NCBI RefSeq assembly: GCF_009834535.1
Contig: NC_045698.1
Span: 15,688,001 to 15,752,000, forward strand
From: Camelus ferus
Taxonomy: Eukaryota
Direction of reading: 5' to 3'
Length of the DNA: 64,000 bases
Shown piece by piece: positions 1 through 11,750 of this stretch. Each line of letters starts with the position of its first letter. The first letter of the stretch is position 1. The translations under genes and the position numbers were made by a program. The notes under the pieces are model-generated. The model worked only from the letters and a program-made list of their open reading frames with translations. It was not told the origin of the DNA and ran no database searches.

Positions 1-13
1 GGGTATAGAAGAC

Positions 14-37
14 AAAAAAAAAAAAAAAAAAAAAAAA
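14..37 (+). repeat. poly(A) homopolymer (A24)
   Basis: Uninterrupted A run directly visible. Confidence 0.95.
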
Positions 38-39
38 GG

Positions 40-370
40 AAGAAGAAAGAAGAAGAGACTGTTCAAGGACTGTAAAGAACTGTGAGACAACTATAAAAGA
101 ACTATAAAAGGTACAACACACATATAATGGGAATACCAGAAGGAGACGAAAAAGAGAAGGAACAGAGAAAATATCTGTAATAATATGACTAAAGATTTTC
201 CCCAATTTATGTCAGACATCAAACAACAGCTCCAGAAAGCTCAGTGAGCAAGATGAGGAAGAGTAGAGAAATATTCAAAGTGTTGAGTGAAAATAAGTCA
301 CCAACCTAGAACTGTGTACCTTGTGAAGTTTTCTTTCAAAAGTGAAGAAAAAAAAGAACTTTCTCAGAAA
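40..370 (+). mobile_element. Old LINE-1 ORF1 fragment with internal deletion
   Basis: GGGAATACCAGAAGGAGA...AATTTATGTCAGACATCAAACAACAGCTCCAGAAAGCTCAG, then ATATTCAAAGTGTTGAG...CAACCTAGAACT...TTCAAAAGTGAAG. These resemble the central and 3' parts of mammalian L1 ORF1, joined near 245. Confidence 0.8.
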
Positions 371-1289
371 AACATCTGTCTGAGCCAAGCTTTCTCTTAT
401 GTCAAACTGAAGTAAGTAAACAATAAACTACATTGTTTTCCTCTATCTTCAGTAGTTTCTAATTTCTGCAATAATTTTAACTTATCATCAGTTTGCTTCT
501 TTAGGTCTATGCCATCTCATTACACTTTCTCTCTCACGGATTTCTTCCTTTATGGATTTCATATTTTTATTCAATATCATGGAAAGCAAAAATCAGCACA
601 ATAGAATTATCTTTGGTTTCCTGCAATGTGTTCTTGATACAAACTCTGTCTTTCCCCTGGGTCTGATCTTCACTGGGGTGTAGCTCTATGCAGGTTTAGT
701 CTTTGTTCACAGAATGTGTAGGGCTATTCTTTTTGAATTTCTTCCTTATCACTCTAGGTCCTGTGTGACTACTGCCCCCAGAACAGGTGTCTAAGATATT
801 TATTCTGATCTTCAGCTAAGAAGGTGGTCAAGATGTGGCCCTATGATGCCACTATTAGCAATTTTATTACTGCATTCTTTCTCTCTACTTAAAAAAAAAA
901 AAAAACCAAAAATGAAGGAATAAAATGAGTATATTTAACAGGGTGTCTTGTCTGTTTCTATGTCTAGTTTATATCTCTCTTTGCTTCCAGATGTATGGAT
1001 AACTTTTTAAAATTGTTTGTATTTTCAATAGTTGAGTTTTGACATAGTCATATTATTTGGTTTTGGTTTATTTTGTTTTTTGTGTGCTCTGCCATCTCTT
1101 TGCTGCCTTTACTCAGTCCAGCTGCATGAGTGGCTTATCTCAGACTTTACTCCATTTCTACTAACAATTTCTATGAGAAGAAATTGCTCCACTGCTCTTC
1201 TGGCCTGGACCTGAGGCTCCCGTGTATCTATACTGACGTGATTCCAAGCAAACCACTCCCCGTGTTTCCCCGAGTTGCCAGCAGACCTT

Positions 1290-1300
1290 GCCGCCATCTT
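1290..1300 (-). promoter_or_regulatory. YY1 consensus motif (AAGATGGCGGC)
   Basis: GCCGCCATCTT on + is an exact match to the long YY1 consensus. A CRE-like TGACGTG lies at 1234-1240. Confidence 0.5.
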
Positions 1301-4065
1301 TAGCTCAAGAACATCAGTGAGGTGTATGAAACGTTTTTCTCACTTTCTGCCAAACCGCAACGTCCTCTGCAAGGAAAAGCCCTGTGTTGATCACTTGAAT
1401 CTTCTTTTAATTTATTCCAAAATTATACTGAGTCTAGACGACACTTCATGAGTTTGGGGATTTGAAGTTAGACTCTCATTTCAGCTTTCATTGTAATTTT
1501 AAAAGGTTGTTCATTTCATCCGGTTTTGGGGGAAACAAATTCTGCCAACTGTTATCATGTTAATCAATTTTTTCCAAGATTCACATTAACTTTTTAGGCA
1601 AAGCATATCAATGCTTTTGATAAAGCTGTATAGAATTAGAGTATGCACAGACCTGAGTACGTAAAGTTATAAATTTATTTATCTACATTAAAAGAATAGA
1701 TTTTATTCTCCAAAGACTCCAAGTTGCTCCTTGGTGCTAAGTGAAGCACTTAGGGAAATGCATTTAGCCATTCAGTTTCAGAAACATTATATCACATTAA
1801 AGGCAAACTGGAGCCACCAGCTCTCTAAGTGACTCTTCCATTCTGGCAAAGACATCAAAACTAATGTGCTCTATTGTGCACCTCACTTCCAACCACTAGG
1901 TATTACAAGGTGCTAAGAAAAAGCCACTGGCTGCATTGCACCTTTCTTTGGTTTGATATTTTAAAAAATGGCAGAACTTCTATGCATCCCATGATAGGCA
2001 TTAGTGTCCATTTCTCAAGGGGCTGTAAATTGTCCTGAAATCATCAGTTTAACTCTCATATAAATAGCTTGCATAAATTTTGAGGAAAATATAAAAAGCA
2101 ATAAATATCAACAAACATTCGTTTTACTACACAAATTTCATGTTCTTTGCTGATGAGTATTTTTTACATATATTTGATGCATGTCCAGGGTTTATTCATT
2201 CCTCAAGTAGATAATTATTCTATTAGTGACCACGGTTGCAGAGTTTCTCATTTCTTCAGCCTCACCCCTATGTCCACCCCAGTCACTTGCACAAGAGGAA
2301 ACTTCACCCAAAAGACTGGTTACAGACTTTGCAAGCGCCAAACTGCTAATTGTCAAGATCTTAAGAAAATGACCATTTTTCGTTATTATCCCCAGTGCCA
2401 TATAAAAAAAGCTATTAAACCGGTTGCCTAATGTTTCCCACACGTTGATTCATTCCAGTGTTAAAAGATATACCATGGGAAAAAACAAAATCCAGTCAAA
2501 CAAAGAATGAACAAAGGAACAATGTGTTGAAAAAGGGACTTCTGGCTAATTTTACAGAAAAGGATAAAAATTCTCAAAATGTGTGTATGTGGGCAGGAGT
2601 ATTGCATATTCATAGGGCTCCATAGAAATTATTTCTAAGTCTAAAAACAACTATGTTGTGCTTTTTCAAATAAGCACATGGAAAGGGGAAACTGCAAAGA
2701 TGGGAGAAAGATGTTAGAAATAAATGAAAGAGGAAAGCAGGTGAAAAAGAAATATCTAAACAGAAAAATAACATTTCAGGACAAATTGTATTAACTACAA
2801 GAATCAAGAGGATGACATGAATGCATCTTGAACCACAGAACATTATACAAAATCTTATTTTTCTTTCCCCCAGGAACTTAAAATTGAACAATATCCACGT
2901 CTTTCACATTTCCCACCCTAAAACTTCAGATTCATTCATACACTTTCGAATATATGATTATGCAAATGGACCTAGGAACTGATGAAAGGTATGTTATTTG
3001 AAGTGATGTCATGGGCTTTGTAGGGCATTCCATCACCTTCCAGTAGCAAAGAAGGCAGTGATACTGTATGCAACCCTGGAAATAGCTTTAAATGAGATAT
3101 TACAAATGTAATGTACAATATAAAGAGCCAGTGTATGTCTGGATCTTTGTTTACTAGTGGAATTAGATACGCAGTGACACTTTCTGACTCGGAAAATGTC
3201 TGCTACAATGGCCCGACATTACCATTTTGTATGTGTAATACACTATCCCTACTGGGACCTTTTATGAAAGCTGGAGGCTGCGACCTACTGTTCACGTCAC
3301 TTAGCCTCTGAGGTGCCAGAGATTGATGGCGGAGCGAGGCACAGTGTTGCTCTTCACTGGTCCTTTGCATTTATTAGTCACGAGTCTGATGCTAATGGGA
3401 TCCGCTCTTCTGTTGGATTGATGTTCAGGGTTAGATGCACAGATGAGCTCCTGATCTTGACCAGAAATGATTTGCCCAATGCCAATTAGAAGAGGAAAAG
3501 GGCAAGGTGGAGGTTGAACTTAGAGTTAATAAGAATAATAGATGCTGAGGGTGCATGATAAAACTCAATAAGATAATGCACTCTAATCTTAAATTGACAA
3601 ATTTACACAGTGAAGAGGCTTTTTTTGTTATTGTCAATTGAGCAAAATGTAATCCTATGAGAAACAGTGCAACTAATTCTCTTTTTTTATAACTACTTAA
3701 AGGACAGAAAGTTATTTTTGTTAAATACAGATATTATTTTACACATTTCAAAAATACCTCTCCTATTTCTCACAATTGACAAAAAGATAAAGGTGTCATG
3801 CAATCATTTTGAACACATGATTCCTCAGGGTAAACAAATGCGTCCTCTTTTAAGTATCCTTCACTGTAAACATAAATTTAATATTATGAGACAAGATAAA
3901 TAACAGGCATGGAACAGCGTAGTGTTTTTTAAAATCACACTTGTTCTTTCAAGATAGTCTCTCACTAAGAAGCTTTCTTCACTTCTTTTCTCTCACTGAG
4001 AACCACGGTCTTTGAAATTTACAGGAGGCATTAGCATTTAAGGACCACTTGTGATACAAATTCTG

Positions 4066-4341
4066 TTTACAAACCAAAAAATAGACTCACAGACATAGAA
4101 AACAAACTATGGTTACTAAAGGGGAAAGAGATAAATTAGGAGTTTGGGATGAACAGATACACACTACCATACATAACAAGATAAACAACAAGGACCTACT
4201 GTATAGTACAGAGAACTATATTCAATTTCTTGTAATATAATGGAAAAGAATCTGAAAAAAATATGTATATGTACATCTGAATTGCTTTGCTGTATGCCTG
4301 AAACTAACATTGTAAATCAACTACATGTCAATCAAAAAAAA
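4066..4341 (+). mobile_element. LINE-1 3' UTR end, 5'-truncated (artiodactyl type)
   Basis: AGACTCACAGACATAGAAAACAAACTATGGTTAC...GATAAACAACAAGGACCTACTGTATAG...CCTGAAACTAACATTGTAAATCAACTA followed by an A tail. Confidence 0.9.
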
Positions 4342-4769
4342 TTTTTTTGAAAGAACTACTTTCTTAAGTAACTCTTGTAAATTCTGTTCTAGGAATCCAG
4401 ATATACGCAGTTTTGCACATCCTTTTATCTTATAAATACTTGCTGTCTTCTCTGTGTAAAAGTGAATCTTAAGCTACGAGGCATAATTTTTATCCTTCCA
4501 TTGTTAGCATCTTTTAGAGACAGCAACTTGTACACTAGTGACTGAAATGTAAGTTGCTAAGTGACAAGTGACAAAAAAAGTTTCATGGCAAAATTTACTT
4601 GAGACAATGAGAAATATTAGCTTTCAACTTGGAGGAAACAAAGATTTTCATAAACAAAGGTTTTGAAGGATGAATCAGATATATACAAATATGCAAAGCT
4701 GGAAAAAAGGGCATGATAGAAGACGGTGTATTGAAGTGAGAAGGGTAAGGGTTTCCCATGTGCCAGATT

Positions 4770-4925
4770 GGCTCGATTTTATTACCTGTGTGACCATAGC
4801 AAGTTATGCAAATTCTCTAGCTTCCAGATCTTCATCTGTGAAATGGTCAAACCCAACTTGATGGAATTGCTATGAAGTTGAAATGCAATCATGTGTGCAA
4901 AATGCTAGGCAGAATGCTTATCCTA
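4770..4925 (+). mobile_element. MIR SINE fragment
   Basis: CTGTGTGACCATAGCAAGTTA...CTTCATCTGTGAAATGG core plus a degenerate 3' tail. Confidence 0.75.
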
Positions 4926-6282
4926 CATTAGACACTCTGTGAATGATACTTATAATTTTTATGCTTACTATTAATATGATCATCATTCCAGGAAGTGAGA
5001 AAAATCCTAGCAAAAATACAAACTTGGGCAAGCTCTGGGCAAAACGATCTCAGTGGGTGCTGGAAAGTCATCTGTGGGAAAGAAATTGACCAGAAAGTGC
5101 TGGTTGAAATGAAAATTAGATCTTTGAATGGCAGGAAGAGTGTACTGAACATGCTCTTTTATCGTTCCAGGCCTGGCCTTTAGCACAGCATGGTTTTTCC
5201 AGTTCCAAGAAATATTTGTTTCATTGCTTTTGTTGGATTCAAATGAAATCGTCTGGTAGCTTTTGAAAACTGGCAAGCAGATAAAAGATGGACACTGAGC
5301 TGTGCACTAGTGATAGCATTCCTTAGCAGCAATGCATGGGATGACTTAGAAAAAAGAAAAATAAACACTAAATAATAAGGCGACTTGTAAATAAAAATGC
5401 TTTACCAAAACAACTGCAGGTATGTGGTGGACATGAGAGACGCATTCAAAGACAAATCCCAAGATTTCACTAATACAAGTTGTATGACAGGTGCAGGGAG
5501 GAAGGAGTTGAATTATATGCTGAAGTTTAAATTTGAGGTTCAAGGTGTCTTAGGTAGAAGAAGATGTCATATGTTAAATTTGAGATATGATGACTTCATG
5601 GTATGATGTCAAGATACCACATTTTACCAGTTGGATGACCTTAAGAAAAGGCAAGAGTTAAGTATTTAGAACACATTAGCCCAGAAGTAATTGAAGAGAG
5701 CATGAGAAAGAAATCTTTGGTAGAATTCTGGATTCAGGGAGGAGTTAAAAACAGCCAAACAAAAAGATAATGGAAAGGCAATCCCAGACATAGGAAGGAC
5801 CAGAAATCTTAAGCCAGAACCAGAAATCTTAAGTCAAGAATAGAGAAAATTCTGAACAGATTTTTTTTTAAAAAGGCAATTACTGAAAAAGTTGAGAATC
5901 ATTGGAGCTTTTGGCCCAGTAGTGACTTTTCTTCTCTGAGTAAGTTTCACTGAAAGAGTAGGGATGGACCTTAAGACTACAAGAGGTGGGATGAATCATG
6001 GGACCAAAAGTGATAAATGCCAATTATCATTTAAAGAAATTTGCACAGGAGAAGCAAAGAAGCAAAGAAGGATAAGAACTTAAGTAAAGCTTTTATTTTC
6101 ATAAACAAAGTTTTAGACTCAAGAATCCGACTATAAAAAGAAATAGAAGGAAAAACTTAAGTAGATTTGAATTCCAGTCCCAGATCCCATCAGACACCTC
6201 TGAGGCTCAGGAGATCATGTATAAATACAAGATAAACACCTACCATGTTTAGCTCTAAAATTTTTTACTTAATGTATATAAG

Positions 6283-6800
6283 TTTTTAAAAATTAATATA
6301 TCAAGGTATAAGTCATGTAAAATAAATGTATATTTAATGATATGGTTTTATGAATTTTGACAATTGCATTCTCCCTTGGTAACTGCCTGCCTCCACAATA
6401 AAGACATAGAACTTTTCCACCACCCAAGTGCTCTGGACCTCCTCCTCCCAGCCCCTGACCGCAGGCAACCACTGACCTAGATTCTGTCACCATGGATAAG
6501 ACTGATCTTTTCTAAATTTCATGTAAATAGTATCATAAGTGTGTATTAATTTGTTTCCAGTTTCTTTATCTCAGCATAAGGTTTTTTGAAATTTACCCAT
6601 TTAATTGAGTATGTAAGTCATTGCTCTTTTTTACTGCTGAGTGTGTTTCATTGTAGAAATAATGTCCACTCACTTTAGCCATTTAATCCAGTTTATCTAC
6701 TCTATTGTTGATAGATACCCAGTGGGCTTATAGTTTTTGAATAATATCAGTCAAATGACAATGAACATTCTTGTACAAATCTTTGTGTAGGTATCTGTTT
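6283..6800 (-). mobile_element. Ancient LINE-1 3' end (L1MB/MC/ME class)
   Basis: CCCAGCCCCTGACCGCAGGCAACCACTGA...TCTGTCACCATGGAT...ATGAACATTCTTGTACAAATCTTTGTGT is the typical reverse complement of old L1M 3' ends. Confidence 0.85.
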
Positions 6801-7758
6801 GAGAGCTTTTATATAAAAGTTCAAAAAATTAGTATCTCTTAGAAAACTGGAAAAGCAGGCATCTGGAGTCCAGCATCAGCTACTATGTGTAGATGGGATA
6901 TTGGTTTTCCAGGTTATTAGACATCACTACCGTACTTACAAAACGTTTCTCCACCAATGTGCTATGTACACAGGCTAGGCAGACACCTACATGTGTGGTC
7001 CTAACTGTCGTCCTGACCTATCCTGAGCCGACAGTTGATGGGACAGAAAGGGACTGGTTTTAGCCGCTAGTATCAGGTGTCTGCCTCCTGCGTGCCTTCT
7101 CAAAATGATCACAGAGTTTCAGAACTGGAGTGGCTAAATGTCTCTCCTGAGTGATTGGATGGCTCTGCTCTTCATCTTCCAGGTCACCTGCTTCCTTGGT
7201 GAGAGAGTAAGATCCTGAGCCTGGCTCTTTTCCCTCATCCATACACACACTTTTAGCACCAAATCTCATTTGTAAGGACCTATTTCCATGATGGCATGTG
7301 GGTGTATTTTTCCATCTGTTTTCAGGTAAATCAAAGAAGCACCCTCAAATATTCCAGATCCAAGGGAAGAAGAAATTCACGTACCAATTCCTTTTGACTT
7401 ACAGAAATATTTGTTGGTTGGGAAGTCCTGCCTAAGATTTAGACCTGGTCCAATATAAAGGAGTACTGCCGTTTCAGATCCTTTGCTGAGTCTCTACTAG
7501 CTGAGGGGAGCCTGGGTTGCTTTGAAAGGCCCTGCGAGCTGCCTCCATTTTCTTAGGCATTGATAGACGTGATTAGGAAGCAGAAAACTATGGAAAGAGG
7601 AATTTAAACTGTTCTATACATAAATGTAACTGTGTGTTTCTGTGGAGGGCATGCAAAATCTGTATAGGGTACACTGCCTTCAAGAACTCTTTTCCTTACA
7701 CTACTGTTTTAATCAATCTGTCTACCTAAATGATAGACAGACAGTAGATTAGTTAGAC

Positions 7759-7809
<51 letters not shown>

Positions 7810-7818
7810 CAGACAGAC
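7759..7818 (+). repeat. (AGAT)12(AGAC)3 microsatellite
   Basis: Counted directly. Confidence 0.97.
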
Positions 7819-9254
7819 ATATACTGAAGGTCTTGAATTTGAGTGTTACATCCCTACTGGATTGTTGAGCTGAAGTCTCCACTCCAGACATATGACAGTT
7901 TGGTTCACTTCCCTGTTGAATTTACATGACTTTTCTTTTCCATCAGACACCTAGAACAGTTATATTAAGCAGCCACAATTTTAAGTTCTTGCTGGTTTTG
8001 GATCTTTATTTTTACTTGTTTAGTTAATCTCAGATTTCAGTGTCTGATAGATAGCAGCCTTGTGCAGGGGGTATTGTGCATAAATAGGGGAGGAAAAAAC
8101 TAACAAGCTCACGAGGACAACAGGAGGGAGGCAGCAGACAGTAGTTGTTTAAGGCAGATGATGGTGAAGAAGTTTCAGGCTATTATCAGGTCAAAAAGAA
8201 AAGTCCGTGGGGTGGTTGACTTTGGTAATAAGATGCAAGTAAAATAAAAAGCCAGGCCTGATCTGGGCAAAACTTCTTTTTTCCCCCTCAAGTATTTTAA
8301 GAGAAGGAGACCACTGAGAAAGAAGGAGAATGGCAGGTATTTAAATTATATATAGTTTTCATCCAACTTGGCTATGAAACTCAGGTCCAGAATTCCTTCC
8401 AGCAACTAACTATAAGTTTCAAGGCTGTCACATGGCAACGTTCCCTGCTTTGCTCACAGGCTTTATCTTCAATTATTGTAAATTCCATTCTCAAAACAAA
8501 TACTCTTCCCAGATTATGTTATGCCATTTTACAAACTGATAAAACTCTGAAATGATTTTATTCATTTGAATACTTTGATAATCATCTCAAACACATAAAT
8601 TGAAATTTAGCGTGAAGATTTGCGGATTCACAATACATGAGATAAATTTGTCTTGAACACTCATAAAAAATGAGTATGATGAATTTTGCTACTTAATATT
8701 TCTGAGGGACTCCTTTTTTTATTTTAACTAGTATCTTGTAACTAGAAGAGGGTATCAGTGTCTTCAAAAGAATTTCACTGGGCATCTTTGATCATTTAAC
8801 TTTTGGGCAAGTTTACCTCTGACAGTATGTTGCAGTCAGACAGTAGAGAGGAATCATTAGTGAATTCCTAAATCCATCCATCAGTTTCAAGCTGTAGCTC
8901 ACACATTGCCCTAAATCCAGTTCAGAATTTTATGGGAAAATTGTAGCACACTAACATTTTAGAAACTATTTAAGATGAACTGAAACTTATGAGGCAGAAG
9001 AGATAAAACACAGACTCTTATTTGTAAGTCAATCCAAATTAAGTATTTTTAGTTACAAATTTTAATCTAGTTTTGAACAAGATTTTGGACTTTTAACTGA
9101 CTGTAAATTCTAAATAAAATAATGATGTATAAATCTCATCATCAGAACAAGGGAAATTTTGTATATGAATTTACTTACAATGAATGCTGAGTATAAAAAT
9201 AAGCAGTTTGACTTGAATTAACAAAACAGTTAAATTGTTTATATTATATAGGTT

Positions 9255-9615
9255 TGTCTTATTAGTCTGTTTGGCCTGCCATAACAAAAATCGCAGAGAC
9301 TGGAAGGCTTAAACAACAAATCTTGATTTCCTATAGTTCTGGAGGTTGAGAAGCCCAAGATTAAGGCACAAGCAGATTCAATAACTGATGAGGGCTGCTT
9401 CCTGGTTCGTAGACCATTGTCTTCTGTCAGTATCCTCATAGGGAACCGGGGAGATTTCTCATGTCTCTTCTTATAAGGACACTAATACCATTCATGAGGG
9501 CTCCACCACGATGACCTAATCAACTCCCACACGCCTCACCTCCAAATGCCATCACCTTGGGGAGTAGAATTTCAACATATGAACTTAAAAGAGACATAAC
9601 ATTCAGCCCATTGCA
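9255..9615 (-). mobile_element. MaLR solo LTR, MLT1A-like
   Basis: TG...CA ends; CTGCCATAACAAA, CTTCTTATAAGGACACTAAT, ATGACCTAATC, TTTCAACATATGAA motifs; flanked by AGGTT (9250-9254) and GGGTT (9616-9620), a 4/5 TSD. Confidence 0.9.
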
Positions 9616-10589
9616 GGGTTGATACATGGATATTTATGCACATAATATAACTAAAATGTATACCCTTGTCAATAATAAAAAGTAAAATAAAGGTTGCAGT
9701 CTGCTTAATCAAACATAGTATTTAATTCAGTAAAAAATACTGAAAAATACTGTTAATTTTCTAACTAGATAGTTAATTTCATTTTTGACCCTTCTTATCC
9801 ACAGGTAAGGTTTTCAGATAGATTTGAAATGGAAGAATGGTTGAAGATAAGGAACAATCACTCCCTGAGTAGTCATGCCAACAATGTAACAGTTTGCGTA
9901 GGGGAAAACCAAGAAAGAACAATCAAACATAAAAATTGTTACATAAATATTCTCTAAATCCCTTACTTTAGATAATCTTTTGTCACATTGTGAGGGTCTA
10001 CACTTACTTTTCACCAATTCACAAAGCTGGTGTGACCATTCTGCCCCGGTGGCACTTTCAGATTCTGTGAATGGGAAGATGAGAGGATTCCAGACATCAC
10101 CTGTGAGAAAGCAAGGTGTCCAGAAGCACTGCTTTGGAGGAAGAACAAGGCTAAAAATGCTGACCTGTGGGCTAATAGTTTGCTGTAGACATGACGAAGA
10201 GTCCATAGCATCAGCTTCACTGGGCAGACGTATTCAGAGAACTCTATAGCACTTCCTTTTTGTCATAAAACATTTTCTAGGATGGGGGTGTCAGCCGGGG
10301 GACCCATCAGAAGAGCTAAGAAGGGGAGTGTGATAGAAACTTGTGTCTCTGTTGGAAAGTGAGTGAGCTGTGACACTGAGTGGGCTGTGACATTGACTGA
10401 AATAGAGTCACTCAGGGAGACAAGTTCGATGTATCTTTGATCTTTTTATAAGCAGCTGGATGGAAAAAAAAAAAATTAAGCAGCAGGAAGGGAGGGACAG
10501 GATAAAAGAAAGTGTCTTTCCTCCCTTTTTATTCTTACAATGTCCTGATTCTTCAGCCTAGAGCTTTAAATATTTGTGTAACTACTTTC

Positions 10590-10990
10590 TTGGGAAACTG
10601 TCATCTCACAGTAATTTTGTATGTCTTGAGCTCCTAAAGCTATGGATGCTTTATAAATCTACGATGTAAATTTATTTCCCGCCGTAATCCCTGTCACTTT
10701 CCCCGTCTCCACATAAAAAGCACGAGATGTAACATTTCATTATTAATTACAGCAACAGCAAGCTGGCTGTCAGGGAGTCAAACCCCGACACACTTCCCCC
10801 ACCAAGCTGCTGAGCTTTCAGCCATTTTCTCATTAAGCTCATGATGATGATGGAGTTTTTAAAGCCTGCTATTTGTAATGGACAGTAGGCCTTAAAAATC
10901 TGTCATAAATTGCTCAGTCGAGGAAATCAAACGGCAAAGAGAGCGATTCAGGCTAAGAGCAAACAAATTGCGCCATAAAAGGAAGTTGGG
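10590..10990. promoter_or_regulatory. Candidate conserved developmental enhancer (TALE/HOX motif cluster)
   Basis: No recognisable repeat; about 10 CpGs in 10660-10980; four CTGTCA, TAATCC, TAATTA, GTCATAAA, GCCATAAAA, GGAAGT. Confidence 0.55.
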
Positions 10991-11382
10991 TCTTTAACTG
11001 AGCTTTCATTTTTACAAAGAATGAGAGGGTAACCCTGCAACTCTAAGTGGGAGCTGTGAGATTGTTTAACTGAGACCAGTTATTCACAGTAAAGGGGCTG
11101 AACACACAGGGAAAAAAAAAATTAAAACCAACCCAAACCAAGACAAAGCATCCTAAAGTGTTTTCTGGTTTTGTTTTTTAAATAATCTGGTACTGAGGAG
11201 TAAAAATGAATAAGTCAATTTTTAACGTGTATTTTTCTTAACATTTTAATAACAGACTACGTAAGATGAAAGTGTATTTCAAGGTTAATACGCAAATCCA
11301 GTTAAAGATCTAAGCATCTGAAGGAATCCTTCTCTCCCATCTAGTGAGAGATTTACAAAATGCTCATCAATTTTGATATTTT

Positions 11383-11750
11383 TCACTCATTCATTCAAGA
11401 AATATTAACTTGTAGCTATTATGTGGTCCAGCTTTTTTTTCCTAAGCACTTTGGAATGCAAGGATAAACTAAATAGAAAAATATCTTCCACTGAAGGAGA
11501 TAGCAAAAAGCCATACGCATAATACATAGTACTTTAAATGGTGTATTTGAAAGGGATGAGTAATGGAAAACTAGGGAGAGCAAGGCAGGTGAAAAGGGAC
11601 TACGTGGGCAGGTGCGGATGTAGGAGAGGAGGGGGATGCAGGCTTAACCAGCAGATAAGATATGAGCAACCCCATTTGGGAAGTGAGGTTGTTGGCAATA
11701 TGGACACTTGGAGAAGGAAGAGCTTTCCAGGTGGAGTGGTCACCTTAAAG
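11383..11750 (-). mobile_element. L2 3' end fragment
   Basis: CATTCATTCAAGAAATATT (reverse complement of the L2 tail) followed by purine-rich degenerate L2 sequence ending AAGAGCTTTCCAGG. Confidence 0.65.

Noticed and set aside
8427..8439. RFX X-box-like GTCACATGGCAAC
   Set aside because: A single imperfect motif with no supporting cluster; not distinguishable from background without conservation data.
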